A stretch of DNA of 64,000 nt. Origin: Spirochaetia bacterium (GTDB lineage Bacteria; Spirochaetota; Spirochaetia; DSM-16054; Sediminispirochaetaceae). The notes below the pieces were generated by a model. The model was not told where the DNA came from. It did not search any database and was given only the letters and a program-made list of their open reading frames with translations. Below are positions 1-11,353 of this stretch, piece by piece (position 1 is the stretch's first letter; the number at the start of each line of letters is the position of its first letter). The stretch covers positions 512,001 through 576,000 of the forward strand of contig JAXHMY010000003.1 of NCBI GenBank assembly GCA_034520965.1, read 5' to 3'. Made by a program: the position numbers and the translations under genes.

Positions 1-19
1 ATAATACTACCTATTCTAA

Positions 20-70
20 TAAAATACAGCGGGGTTTGACAGTAATATAGCTGCCAAGCCCCGCTCTTTT
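20..70. terminator. Intrinsic terminator-like hairpin downstream of the NhaC-family gene
   Basis: Stem agcggggtttgacag / ctgccaagccccgct with A/T runs on both sides, about 25 bp past the stop at 96. Confidence 0.6.
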
Positions 71-95
71 AGTCTAATCTGTATAAAAACCTACC

Positions 96-1664
96 CTAGG
101 CGGCAGCTTCAACCGAATCTTCTACTCGATGCCCGAAAAACTTTACAAAAAGTATAATCGCTGCAGTTCCCAACAATAAGAGCAGCCACACAGGCACTCC
201 AAAACCGGCTGGAATAAAACCAAAAACCGCTGCTATAACCGCTGCCGTTACAGCGTAGGGAATCTGGGTCCGCACATGCGAGATATGATCCGAGCCTGAA
301 GCCATAGAAGAGAGTATGGTAGTGTCCGATATTGGAGAACAGTGGTCACCAAACACTGCACCAGTCAAAACCGCACCAATTGAGGCGATAATAGTCGGTG
401 TCAGTACACCCTCTGCTCCCGACACACCTGCAGCTATCGGTATAACCAAGGGCATCAAAATCGAGTTTGTACCCCAGGAAGTTCCGGTAGAAAAGGCAAT
501 CAGCATCGCCACCACAAACACAATCAGCGGCAGGATCTTACCAGATAAGATACCCTCTGTAATTTCTACCAGCCATTCAGCCAGCTGCATATCGGAAATA
601 ACGCTCTTCAGTGCAAACGCAAGGGAGAGTATAATTACCGCAATCACCATCGATTTTATACCGCCGACCCATGCATCTATCGCAGTCTTCAGGGAGAATA
701 CACGTCGTAAGAGGCCCATTGCGATTGCAACAATCGAACCTATAAAGGCCGACCAGGTAAGCACCACCGAGGCATCGGCATCGCCAAAGACCTGAATTAC
801 CGTTTTACCCTCTTCATACCCGTTATAATAGAGCCCGAATACCGTTACTAAGATAAAAACCACTATCGGGACTACCGCATCCCACACAGAACCTTCTACC
901 CCTTCATCGGGAAGAATATCGGCATCTTCGGTGATCATCGGAAAGGTACCCGGTTCGACCACCTGGCCCGTAGTCCGTGCACGGTACTCAGCCTTATACA
1001 TCAAACTGTAGTCTTTCTTAGTAACGATTAGGGTAATGACCAAAACCAGGGCAAAAATTGAGTAAAATCGGAAGGGCACAGTCTGAAAAAAAACCAGCAG
1101 CGCATTCCCTTCGATATTAAGGCTCTGCAAACCGGCAGCTATCAAGCCCAGTTCCATGGCTATCCAGGTAGATACCGGTGCCATCGAGCTGACCGGTGCC
1201 GCAGTAGAGTCGACCACATACGCAAGTTTCTCTCGGGAGATGTTCTCCTCATCGGTAATCGGACGCATTGTGTTTCCTACGATCATAGTGTTTGCATAAT
1301 CATCGAAAAACATAATAATTCCCAATACCGCAGTCGAAAGCAAAGTAGTTCTTGAGGACTTTGCCCGCCGGACAACCGCTGTAGCAATTGCTTTGGTTCC
1401 GCCGAGTTTTCCAATAACTCCAACCATACCGCCGATCACCAAACAGAACACGATAATTCCGATGTTCCAGCTATCAGCCAGAGAGTTTGAGACCAGGTAG
1501 GTGGAAAATGAGTTGAGTAATCCCTCTAGAGGATTCCAGCCGGCAATAATAGTGGCACCGGCAAAGATGCCCAGAAACAGAGAAACAATTACCTGCCGTG
1601 TCCAGATTGCAAGAACTATTGCCAGAACAGGCGGTACAAGGGCTAACCATCCATACGCTTCCAT
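96..1664 (-). CDS. Na+/H+ antiporter NhaC family membrane transporter
   Basis: 522-aa polytopic protein with FFDDYAN, DSTAAP, FSTGTSWGT and GDHCSPISDTTILSS motifs. Confidence 0.9.
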   Translation of the reverse strand: MEAYGWLALVPPVLAIVLAIWTRQVIVSLFLGIFAGATIIAGWNPLEGLLNSFSTYLVSNSLADSWNIGIIVFCLVIGGMVGVIGKLGGTKAIATAVVRRAKSSRTTLLSTAVLGIIMFFDDYANTMIVGNTMRPITDEENISREKLAYVVDSTAAPVSSMAPVSTWIAMELGLIAAGLQSLNIEGNALLVFFQTVPFRFYSIFALVLVITLIVTKKDYSLMYKAEYRARTTGQVVEPGTFPMITEDADILPDEGVEGSVWDAVVPIVVFILVTVFGLYYNGYEEGKTVIQVFGDADASVVLTWSAFIGSIVAIAMGLLRRVFSLKTAIDAWVGGIKSMVIAVIILSLAFALKSVISDMQLAEWLVEITEGILSGKILPLIVFVVAMLIAFSTGTSWGTNSILMPLVIPIAAGVSGAEGVLTPTIIASIGAVLTGAVFGDHCSPISDTTILSSMASGSDHISHVRTQIPYAVTAAVIAAVFGFIPAGFGVPVWLLLLLGTAAIILFVKFFGHRVEDSVEAAA

Positions 1665-1812
1665 AACATATTCCTTTTATTATTTGATGATGTTGTTATT
1701 TATAACATAATGTTTCCATTTTGACAATATTTTTTCTTATAACGCTATAGCGTAAAACTTACGGCAAAATGGGCACATCCAAAAGTTATTGACTAAAAGC
1801 TGCTATGCCGGC

Positions 1813-3114
1813 TTACATCGCGCCTGGTGGGCTGTGAGTCATGGTACTCCGATGACAGTTTTTCAATTTCTTCCCGCTTCCACAGAAACAGGGATCTTCC
1901 AGCGAAAGCTTAAAAGGGGGCAAGCCTTCACCCGTGAAACCCGGCTGGTTGGTACGAAGATTGTGTTGTACACCTCGGGAAAGCTCGTTGAAGGTTGCAA
2001 TAGTCTGGTCAAAAAAATAACGGTGACCGCGGCACAAGTAGCTTACAGCAGCAGGGTCACGACCGCTTACATACCGCAGTTTCGGACAGTCCCCGGAACA
2101 GAGCTGTAGATGTGGACATTCCCCGCACGCATCGTTCCACTTGCTTTTGATAGCACCAAAGCGATGATACAGGGGAGAACCGCTAAAGTGTTCCCACCCC
2201 TCTTCCATGATATTTCCAAGCCGCCACTCCGGCTCTACAAAAAAATCACAAGGATATACGTTGCCGTTGTGTTCTAGCACAAAGTACTGGTCGCATTTTC
2301 CGCGCATGGTGCAGCTGGAGTACTCCCCTGCTGCAAGAAAATTAACAATGTTATCGAAGTTGCGAATACTTACTCTGCGTACCTTACGCGGATACCAGGC
2401 ATGAAACAGATCTACCAGAAACTTGCCCCATGCTTCGGGGCCGACGGTATACTCAAGAGGGGATCCATCCGCATCAAACTCGACGCAGGGAATATACTGC
2501 TGATGGTTAAACTTGTTGCGCATGAAGAAGTCGAACATCACTTGCGCCCGTTCGGCACCGGCGGCAGTCACCATGCTGAGAATATTGAATTCGGCCCCGC
2601 TGCTGCGCAGATGCTCGATTCCGGCCATCACTTTGTCAAATGAGCCGTGCCCGACTGCATCGAGCCGGTACTCGTTATGGATATCCTCCGGGCCATCCAG
2701 GCTGACTCCGACCAGTATACGGTTATGGGCAATGAACTCCGCCCACTCACGGTTAATAAGAGTTCCGTTAGTCTGAATTGTGTTGGTTACCCTGCTTCCT
2801 CGAGGAGCATAGCGGCGTTGAAGCTCAATAGCGCGCTTAAAAAATTCCAGCCCCATTAGAGTCGGTTCGCCCCCCTGCCAGTTGAACACATATGCAGGCT
2901 GTGCAGTGCTCATATACCCCCGTACCAGCTGCTCCAGCACCTCATCGCTCATGCGGTGGGCCGTCTCCGCTCCGAATAGTTGCAGCTTCGGCAGGTAAAA
3001 GCAGTACCGGCAGCGCAGGTTACAATCCGGCCCGGCAGGTTTGATCAGCAGTGAAAAGGGCTTGGCTGTCGGCATGCCGCCTCGGGCCGCAGCTTTTGAT
3101 TTGTTGCTCTTCAT
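1813..3114 (-). CDS. Anaerobic sulfatase maturase (radical SAM/SPASM) with C-terminal SEC-C motif
   Basis: CNLRCRYC radical SAM motif, WQGGEP, YPCDFF, SPASM cysteines, C-terminal CFCGSGKKLKNCH. Confidence 0.9.
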   Translation of the reverse strand: MKSNKSKAAARGGMPTAKPFSLLIKPAGPDCNLRCRYCFYLPKLQLFGAETAHRMSDEVLEQLVRGYMSTAQPAYVFNWQGGEPTLMGLEFFKRAIELQRRYAPRGSRVTNTIQTNGTLINREWAEFIAHNRILVGVSLDGPEDIHNEYRLDAVGHGSFDKVMAGIEHLRSSGAEFNILSMVTAAGAERAQVMFDFFMRNKFNHQQYIPCVEFDADGSPLEYTVGPEAWGKFLVDLFHAWYPRKVRRVSIRNFDNIVNFLAAGEYSSCTMRGKCDQYFVLEHNGNVYPCDFFVEPEWRLGNIMEEGWEHFSGSPLYHRFGAIKSKWNDACGECPHLQLCSGDCPKLRYVSGRDPAAVSYLCRGHRYFFDQTIATFNELSRGVQHNLRTNQPGFTGEGLPPFKLSLEDPCFCGSGKKLKNCHRSTMTHSPPGAM

Positions 3115-3205
3115 GTAGTAAACTTTATCACACCCTGCGACAGCGAGTCAGGCCGCCGGGGTAGTCCTGCCGGCGCAGCCGATCAACGCGCATCGCAAGG
3201 AGCCC

Positions 3206-4720
3206 TCACCTTCTGTCCGCCGATCGCCGGCCCTGCAGCTCGTACTTCCACTCGTAGCGCAGCGCCTTCAGCAGGCTGAAGACCATAAACACCATCACCA
3301 CAGTAAAGGGCAGAGCCGCCACAATCGCCATCCGCTGCAGCGCCTCCAGGCCTCCGGACATCAGCAGTATTACCGCTGCCATGGACTGGAGAATACCCCA
3401 GGTCAGCTTTTTCGACATAGGAGGGTTCAAGTCGCCGTTGCTGGTCATCATCCCCAGCACAAAAGTAGCCGAGTCGGCGGAGGTCACAAAAAACACGCTC
3501 AGCAACAGCACCGCAATCAGGCTCAACACACTTCCCAGGGGCAGATACGAGAACATCTCAAACAGCACCGTAGTCACATCCGATACCGCCGAGGCAGCCA
3601 AATCGACCCCCTGGTTCAGCTGCAGGTCCAGGCCGGTTGCCCCAAATACGGCAAACCACAGAAAAGTCAGCAGAGTCGGCACCAGCAGCGCCCCCGAAAT
3701 AAACTCGCGGATCGTCCGGCCCCGGGATATACTGGCCACAAACAGTCCCACAAAGGGTGACCAGGAGATCCACCAGGCCCAGTAAAACAGGGTCCAGTTT
3801 TTGGTCCACTCGTAACCTTCGAAGGGGTTGGTGGTCAAGCTTAAATTGACAAACTCCGATACATACTCGCCCACCGTAGCGGTGAACACATTTAGGATGT
3901 AAGAGGTAGGTCCCACTACAAACACAAAAGCCAGCAGCAGAATCGCTATCAGCACGTTGGTCTTACTTAAAATCTGTATTCCCGTATCCAAGCCGGTCAT
4001 GCTTGATATCATATACAACACCGTTACTACACCGATAATGATAAAAGTCATCGTATCGTTAGTCGGCAGCCCGAACACCGCGTTCAGCCCGCCATTGATC
4101 TGCAGAGCGCCCAGACCCAGGGAGGTCACAATACCAAAAACCGTGGCAAACACCGCCAGCACATCGATCAGCCGGCCGATACCGCCGAACACCCGGTCGC
4201 CCAGCAGGGGATAAAAGGTATTCGAAATCAGAGGAGCCATCCCCCGCCGAAAAGAAAAATAGGCAATCGACAAACTCATCACAATATAAATTGCCCAGGG
4301 CTGAATACCCCAATGAAAAAAGCTGCGCAGCATCGCAAAGCGGGCTGCCGTGCCGCTGCCCCCCTCAATATACGCCGGAGGGTTGGCAAAGTGGCTCAGA
4401 GGCTCGGACACCCCCCAGAAAATAAGCCCGATGCCCATTCCGGCGGCAAAGAGCATACTGAACCACGAGAAATAGCTGTACTGGGGCTTCTCATTGTCTC
4501 TGCCCAGCTTTATCCGCCCGTACTTGCTAAAGGCCAGATAAATACTAAACACCACAAAGCCAAAAGCCGCTAACAAATATGCCCAGCCAAAATGCTCAAT
4601 AATCGCCCCGTGCAGGGCGGCACTCACCTTGTCCAGCTGCTCAGGAACCACAATCCCGAGCCCCACAAAGGACAGCACCAGCACCAGGGAAGTCACAAAA
4701 ACCGTTGTACCCTTTCTCAT
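3206..4720 (-). CDS. BCCT family (betaine/carnitine/choline) transporter
   Basis: SWFSMLFAAGMGIGLIFWG, FFHWG and WTLFYWAWWISWSPFVG signatures. Confidence 0.95.
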   Translation of the reverse strand: MRKGTTVFVTSLVLVLSFVGLGIVVPEQLDKVSAALHGAIIEHFGWAYLLAAFGFVVFSIYLAFSKYGRIKLGRDNEKPQYSYFSWFSMLFAAGMGIGLIFWGVSEPLSHFANPPAYIEGGSGTAARFAMLRSFFHWGIQPWAIYIVMSLSIAYFSFRRGMAPLISNTFYPLLGDRVFGGIGRLIDVLAVFATVFGIVTSLGLGALQINGGLNAVFGLPTNDTMTFIIIGVVTVLYMISSMTGLDTGIQILSKTNVLIAILLLAFVFVVGPTSYILNVFTATVGEYVSEFVNLSLTTNPFEGYEWTKNWTLFYWAWWISWSPFVGLFVASISRGRTIREFISGALLVPTLLTFLWFAVFGATGLDLQLNQGVDLAASAVSDVTTVLFEMFSYLPLGSVLSLIAVLLLSVFFVTSADSATFVLGMMTSNGDLNPPMSKKLTWGILQSMAAVILLMSGGLEALQRMAIVAALPFTVVMVFMVFSLLKALRYEWKYELQGRRSADRR

Positions 4721-5580
4721 GCCTGCCCCCCTTGGTCGCCTAACCCGCGACCACTGCCACCCGGACTACCCGGTCCTAGGTCCCGCGGAATAATCAACAC
4801 CGAGCAGGGGGCGTTGTAGCTCACCTCTTCGGCGGTCGAGCCCAGCACCGGCCCCATCCCGCTGGTCGAATCCGCCTTACCCAGCAGCACCACGTCCGCC
4901 GGCAGCCGCCGGGCAATCCGCACAATCTGCCGCCGCGGCGATCCAAGCAGCGAAATTTGCCGGCTCTCCTGTTCCCCCAAACCGCACTGCCTGCGGGTTT
5001 CCTCCAGCTGCTCCTCCACCCGGTCACGGCGCTGCTGCTCCACTACCGGGTCGGGAGCCCGCTTACCCACATACAGAAACACCACCTCGTCCGGCTGAAA
5101 CTCTTTGCTGCGAATATACTCCACAATAATATCGTCTTTCCATTGCAGAGAAGTCGGATACAACACCCTGTACACCCTATCCGACTCGGCCCGCCGGCTC
5201 CCCTTATGGGCAAACACCGGCACATCGCTCTGCCGAATTACATCCTTCACCGTACTGCCCATAATCGCCCGCTTCAGCCAGTTTTTCCGCCGAAAGGCAA
5301 AGCTTATGTACTGCACCCCGAACTCCTCGGCCGCATGCACAATTTCCATCTGCACCGACCCCGGCCGCACCGCCGTCTCGGTCGCAAACCCCAGCCCCTG
5401 CAGCAGCTCCGCCGCCTCGCCCAGCCGCCTGCGATGATGCTCCCCCGCCGTCCGGGTAGCCGCCCCCACATGCAGCAGCACCGCCTGTTCCGTACCAAGG
5501 GTCTTCAAAAACTCGGCCATCTCGCTTAATCGCTCTTTTGACTCATGCAAATGCAGAGGAATCAGTACTTTCTTCAGCAT
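4717..5580 (-). CDS. Tandem universal stress protein (two USP domains)
   Basis: Two GS(T)(V/A)xxV..PV/CSVL USP motifs; ATG at 5580 after GGAGG; 4-bp overlap with BCCT gene. Confidence 0.85.
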   Translation of the reverse strand: MLKKVLIPLHLHESKERLSEMAEFLKTLGTEQAVLLHVGAATRTAGEHHRRRLGEAAELLQGLGFATETAVRPGSVQMEIVHAAEEFGVQYISFAFRRKNWLKRAIMGSTVKDVIRQSDVPVFAHKGSRRAESDRVYRVLYPTSLQWKDDIIVEYIRSKEFQPDEVVFLYVGKRAPDPVVEQQRRDRVEEQLEETRRQCGLGEQESRQISLLGSPRRQIVRIARRLPADVVLLGKADSTSGMGPVLGSTAEEVSYNAPCSVLIIPRDLGPGSPGGSGRGLGDQGGQA

Positions 5581-5699
5581 GGAGCCTCCCAAATTTATAA
5601 AAAAATGCTCGTCCCGTAGACGGCTCAAAAGCCGGGCAGCCCGACGCCTCCGCCGGTAGTCACTTGTCTACCCACGGGTCGGCGCGGAGAAACACTCTA

Positions 5700-6473
5700 T
5701 TACCGGTCGTCCTTTACATTCAGTACCACCGGACAGTGGTCTGAACCCATCACCTCCAAGCGAATCTCCGAGCTTACAATGCGGTTGGAAAAGCCCTGGT
5801 TCACGCAAAAGTAATCCAGCCTCCAGCCCACATTCCTCTCGCGCCCGCGGGTACGGTAGGACCACCAGGTGTAGTTACCCCCCTCCGAGTTAAACATGCG
5901 AAAGGTATCGGTGTAGCCCGCCTCCAAAAAGCTGCTCATCCAGGCCCGCTCCTCTGGCAGATAACCGGGATTCCCCTCGTTCTGCTTAGGCCGTGCCAGG
6001 TCAATCGGTTTGTGGGCAATGTTGTAGTCTCCGCACACCACCACGTTCTTTCCCTCCTGCACCAGGGAGTTACACAACTGCAGCACCGAATCGCAGTAGC
6101 CCAGTTTATACTCCAGTCGCTTCCCCTCACTCTGGCTGTTGGGAAAATAGCCGTTAATCAGCACAAACTCCGGATATTCCAGCACCAAGGCCCGACCCTC
6201 AGCGTCGTATTCCGCCACTCCAAGGGTATTTACCTCCAGGGGCTTGTGGCGTGTATATACCGCCACTCCCGAATATCCGCCCTTCTCCGCCGAGCTAAAA
6301 AAAGAAGTATATCCCCTAGGTGCGGTTAACTCCTCGGACAGCTGCTCGGGCTTGGCCTTGGTCTCCTGCAGACAGACAATATCCGCCCCTTCCTGCTCCA
6401 CATATTCAAGCAAACCCTTTTTCTCGGCCGCCCTAATTCCGTTCACGTTCCACGATACAATTGAAGTACTCAT
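5700..6473 (-). CDS. xth: Exodeoxyribonuclease III / AP endonuclease
   Basis: SWNVNGIRA, LQETK, GDYNIAH, YTWWSYR, GWRLDYF, GSDHCPV motifs. Confidence 0.95.
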   Translation of the reverse strand: MSTSIVSWNVNGIRAAEKKGLLEYVEQEGADIVCLQETKAKPEQLSEELTAPRGYTSFFSSAEKGGYSGVAVYTRHKPLEVNTLGVAEYDAEGRALVLEYPEFVLINGYFPNSQSEGKRLEYKLGYCDSVLQLCNSLVQEGKNVVVCGDYNIAHKPIDLARPKQNEGNPGYLPEERAWMSSFLEAGYTDTFRMFNSEGGNYTWWSYRTRGRERNVGWRLDYFCVNQGFSNRIVSSEIRLEVMGSDHCPVVLNVKDDR

Positions 6474-6604
6474 AGACCTAAGCGTAGCGAAAAGTTGCAC
6501 GTCGCACAAGACGAAATCCAATCAGAACCACCTCACCGGTGGTGCTTGCCGCCGCCATCCTCAAGCACTATATTAAAACTAACATTTGTGAAGGAGCAGA
6601 CAGC

Positions 6605-7548
6605 ATGCGCATAGCAATAGTCGGCCACGGCGCCCTCGGAACCCTGTACGGACACGCCTTCTCCCGGACAGCCGAACATCAGGTAATTTTCGTCACCAAC
6701 AAAACCAGGGCAGCCCGGTTACGCAGCACCCCTTAGGGCCAACAGAGCAAGTTTCAAGTACCGCATCGAAACGGCTGAGGATACCGCCGGGCCGGCGGAT
6801 ATAGTTATTTTTGCGGTTAAATACCACCACCTGGAGCAGGCGGCAGCCGATGTAAAAGGACATGCCGGCCCCGGGACCATCTTTGTCTCGGTCATGAACG
6901 GCATCGACTCTGAAGATTATATTGCCTCACACTATGGCCGTGACCATGTACTGTACACAGTCGCCCTTGGGATGGATGCCGTCCGCGAAGGCCACAACAC
7001 AAACTACAGCACCACGGGAAAACTGCTCCTGGGCCGAGCCGACACTCCCGCCGCGCACAGCCCCGAGCCCCGGTCTGTTGAGCAGGACCCGGACATCCGT
7101 ACATTCACCGGCCTTTGCGATGCCGCCGGCATCCAGTACGAAATCCAAGAAGACATCCTCCGCAGCCTGTGGTCCAAGTTTATGCTGAATATCGGAATCA
7201 ACCAGGTATCCGCAGTACTCCAAGCCCCCTACAGGCCCTTTCAGCAGCCCTCCCATGCCCAGGAATTAATGATATCAGCCATGCAGGAGGCCATCGAGGT
7301 AGCGCATACGCTCAACATACACCTGTATCCTGAAGATATCGATCAGCTCGATTGCCGTTTCGGCGGCAGACCCTTTCGCCGGAAGGCAAGACGCTGATGT
7401 GTCAGGATATCGAGGCCGGCCGCAAAACCGAAGTGGAGATGTTTGGGGGCAAGCCTGATCGAGCTCGCCGACCGGCTCGGAGTCGAAGTACCGCTAAACC
7501 GCACCCTCGCATCCGCTTATCCAGGCGAAGAGGAGGCGACCGGCATAA
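6605..7548 (+). pseudogene. panE: Ketopantoate reductase (2-dehydropantoate 2-reductase), frameshifted in this sequence
   Basis: MRIAIVGHGALG, FAVKY, MNGIDSE, WSKFMLNIGIN, MCQDIEAGRKTEVE spread over several frames; end approximate. Confidence 0.8.
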
Positions 7549-7579
7549 TCTGATTTCACTTAATGCTCCCGTTAAAGAA

Positions 7580-8718
7580 TGTTTATTTTTTTCACACGCG
7601 GCGGGCCTTGAGTCTATTTGTCGAATGATACAGAAGGACAATTACCTACTCGTCCAGCAGCTTTTTCCAGGAATTGGAGAATCGTTGCCGACCAGAGCGG
7701 CAAAGGCATTCTGCAGTTGGCGCACTTCAGCAGTCGATTTCTTCCAGTAGACAGACCTTCGACCGTTAAAAAGCCGCCGGCAGTTCGATCGCGGCCCCCC
7801 ACATGGTCCGGGTTCAAGGGCAGCTGCTCGATAAGCTCACCTGCATTTTTTCGATTGCCCCCGAGTACTTGAATCGAAAGAATGAGACTATGCTTATAGC
7901 AACCGGTGCACAAGACATCTGACCCTGATCCGGTCGTGCTTCAGAAAAAAGTCGGCCATCTCGGGCGACGATTTCCGGGCGCCAGATAGCAGTAAGATGG
8001 GCAACAATGATATTTCCAAAAACAAAGGCGTTATTCAGGGCATTACCCAGTTGCTGAAAGTAGTAATGCGGCAAATTAGCGTTAATTATTTCAGATAAAG
8101 TTCGAATGCTGGCCCGCACATAGACCGAGAGAATATAGGCCTTGATATCCTCCCGAGCAGCCTCACGGTAGATATCGAGCTTCCGAGGAAATTGCATACG
8201 CCAAAGCCGTAGCGATTTCTGCAGGTATCGTTATCTCGGCCGCTTCTAACCAGCGAATTAGAATCGTAGCAGTGGCACCAATCTCCGGATCAATCACCAC
8301 CAACTTACCCTTCGTGTCCTCTCGACGAGGATGATGATCGATGATTATATCACAGTCCGAATCGGCGGTTAGTACATTATTACCGGCTCCGGGCTGCGAA
8401 TCGACCAGGGCAATACAGTCGTAGCGCTGATAAACTTAATGCGGTTTGTACTCCTTAAAGAGTAATATTCAGTTTCTGTACCATCGCCCGGTTTTCCGCC
8501 CGGCAATAATCCCGCTTATAGGCAATACTGGAGTTTACCCCAAAACACTTCTTCACCAGTAATCTCAGTGCCGCCGCTGAGGCAATGGTATCCGGGTCGG
8601 GATGGGTATGGGTAATAATCAGCAGTTCCCGCCGCCCCTTCCACGACCCTCCTCGCAAACGCTCCAGCAGCTCAGATGCCTCGAGGTTTGTCGCCATCGT
8701 CTTTTTTTGTTCAGCCAT
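7580..8718 (-). pseudogene. DHH family phosphoesterase (NrnA-like), multiply frameshifted
   Basis: THTHPDPDTIAS N-terminal motif, IIDHHP near 8330-8350, GATATIL; end approximate. Confidence 0.75.
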
Positions 8719-8765
8719 TCTCCTCCTCCTACTGCCGACAGTGTTACAGATCACAGCCTAAAGAG

Positions 8766-9268
8766 TCAAAGCCCAAAACAGCCACACATACGGCAATTCA
8801 CTCCGGCAGCTGCAGCTGGCCTAACGTCCGGCACGTCGGCGAGTCCGATTGATGCCGCGTCGTCATATCCGAGAACTTCTAACCAGCCGCAGTTCCAACC
8901 GCCGTTCGCCCGGAAAGTTCTCATCAGCATTAAGCCGATAAACATTGTCAGCACACCCTGTCCGGGTATAAACAACATCACAAAACCAGCCACCAGCAGC
9001 ATTATTCCTGCTCCATTTTTTAAGACCAGCATCACCAGTCGAATTACAGGATGGCGCTTATAAAAACCGAAGGGCTCCTCGCCTTTTTATACAGAAAATC
9101 AGTCCCTGTGGGAATCGATACGATCAGCACAGGCATCGCCAGAATGGTCCCCACAAACAGCAGCAACGATCCGCCGGCAACGGATGCAAGCATCCCGGTA
9201 TGCTCACTGAAAAGTGCAATTATCCATTGGTAAGGCTGCTCTAACCGGTACATGCCATATTCTAACAT
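8766..9268 (-). pseudogene. Small membrane protein of PGPGW-like family, frameshifted
   Basis: Hydrophobic fragments, KNxxGxxLLxAGxVMLFIPGQGVLT motif. Confidence 0.6.
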
Positions 9269-9372
9269 ATTGCATAGACCAACGCATCAACCTGAAAGAA
9301 AAAACAACATGAAGCAATTTTGATTGAAAGTAATAGACTGATGACTGTTGATGCCGCAAACGTATGTACGAG

Positions 9373-9401
9373 TTGACAGATATAACCGGTGTTGCTATGC
9401 T
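9373..9401 (+). promoter_or_regulatory. Sigma70-type promoter for the chemoreceptor gene
   Basis: TTGACA-17 bp-TATGCT with extended TG. Confidence 0.6.
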
Positions 9402-9497
9402 TATGTTCCAATCTTTGCAGCAGCTCACAGAAAAAAATCTTAGGAAATGAGAGTGGCTCAATTACATAGATCGAACCGCTTCACGGGTAGCACCATC

Positions 9498-11353
9498 ATG
9501 AAAATCAGAACGAAAATTTTACTACTGGTTGTTCTCATTATTATTATCACTGTGATATCTTTGATGTTTTTATTTAGAACTGTCGAGGGCTTCCAAAACT
9601 CAATGGTAGAGATCAGCAAAACTCGCCTTATCCGTTCGGAAAAAGAGAAGCTCGAATACCTCACTCTGTCGATTAAATCAGTATCAGCTCAGAATTATTA
9701 AAAGCAACCGGCGACCGGGAAGCCGAAAAGACGGTCCTTGAAAACGTTGCTAAAATAACTGAGTGCGCTAATTACTCCCGTAGGGGCTTCTTTTTTATAT
9801 TAGATAATTCTGGAACCTTTCTTGCCCATGGACAAAATCCGGAATTGAAAGGGACTGATGCCTCAGACTGGGAAGACACCCACGGGACAAACTATATTGA
9901 AGAATTTCATCGCCCAGGGTCGCAAGGGAGGGGGATTGTTGAGTACTATCAGCCGCCCGCCAAAACCGATACTGAAACCGCTGGGTTGAACAAATAGTAA
10001 CCTTCATTGCCCCTCTATCGGATATCGGGGTCATTGGAACCAGTTTTCAAGTACTCAGAAATGCTCTCTGGCATGGAAGAACTGGAGAAAAAATTGAGCA
10101 AAACAGTGCCAGGATCAAACAATTCATTTACTTCTTAATACTTATCTTAAGCCTCTCATCAATAATAATCTCAACCCTGCTTGCCCATCGCATCACCAAA
10201 CCGATCAATCTTATTACTCGACGGCTGAAAGAAATTGCCGAGGAAGAGGCGGACCTTACTCAAAGTATACAAAGCAGCGCAAAAGATGAAACCCGCGCAA
10301 TGGTTACCTACTATAATCATTTCTTATCGGCCTTAAGAACTATTATTTCTCATATAAAATTAACAGTTGGTGAGTTCAGTGAGCTCACCAACAACATAGA
10401 AGCCACGGCCATGAAACCGCCGCCGCTACCCATCAGATTTACATTAACGTCACCCACCTTAACAAGCAAATCGACAATGCCCATAGCCGGGCGACGGAAG
10501 CAGTACAAGAGATTCACGGGGTAAATAAGGAGTATGCCGGCCTACAGGAAATAGTAGAGAACCTGATGAATTCCGCCTCGGAAGCCCGACAAATATCCGA
10601 CCGCACATCAAACCGAATGGCAAAACTCTCCCAGGACACCTTTAACCAACAGAACACGGTGTCTCAACTTCGTGAGGCTGCGTCTACCGGCGAGAACCTG
10701 GCCTTTCAGGTACAGGAACGGACCGACACAATCAACCAACGTGCTGGAACTATATTAGAAGTGGTAGAGATCATTAAAGATATCGCCCAACTAACCGACC
10801 GACTTTCGATGAACGCCTTGATACAGGCAGCTCATGCAGGAGAACAGGGTTGTGGCTTTTCAGTCGTGGCGGGGGAGATAAAGAAAACTCTCGGACATGC
10901 CGACGAAAAGTACGGGTCGAATCGAAAATGAAATCCTTGCAATAATCGAACACATCAAAGACACCGATACCGCCTCTAAAAGTAACTGGGAACACTTTAA
11001 GCAAATTGCCTCCACTATCAGCGAAGTCGAAGCGTTCCTTAGACAACTCCTGGATGCACTCCAACAGCTTGATTCGGAGAGTGATACTATTACTAATTTC
11101 GCTGCCACCATCGAAACTCAGTCTTCCGCTCTGAACGAGCTTGAGCGGGCACACCGCTGAGAGTATGCAGAAACTCATCAGCGGACACAAGCAACTGCGA
11201 GAAATGATAGAAACAATCCATTCAGGCACAGACGAAATTGAACGCGGAAATAAAGAGGTTTCAGACGGCAGCACGGATCTGTCCTACATGATCCAAAAAT
11301 CAGTAGAACAGCTTCACCGACTTTCCGAGGAAATAGAGCGGTTTAAAGTATAA
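9498..11353 (+). pseudogene. Methyl-accepting chemotaxis protein (TM-Cache-TM-HAMP-MA), multiply frameshifted
   Basis: MKIRTKILL TM start, Cache-like segment, HAMP, DIAQLTDRLSMNALIQAAHAGEQGCGFSVVAGEIKK hairpin-tip motif, ends IERFKV*. Confidence 0.8.
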
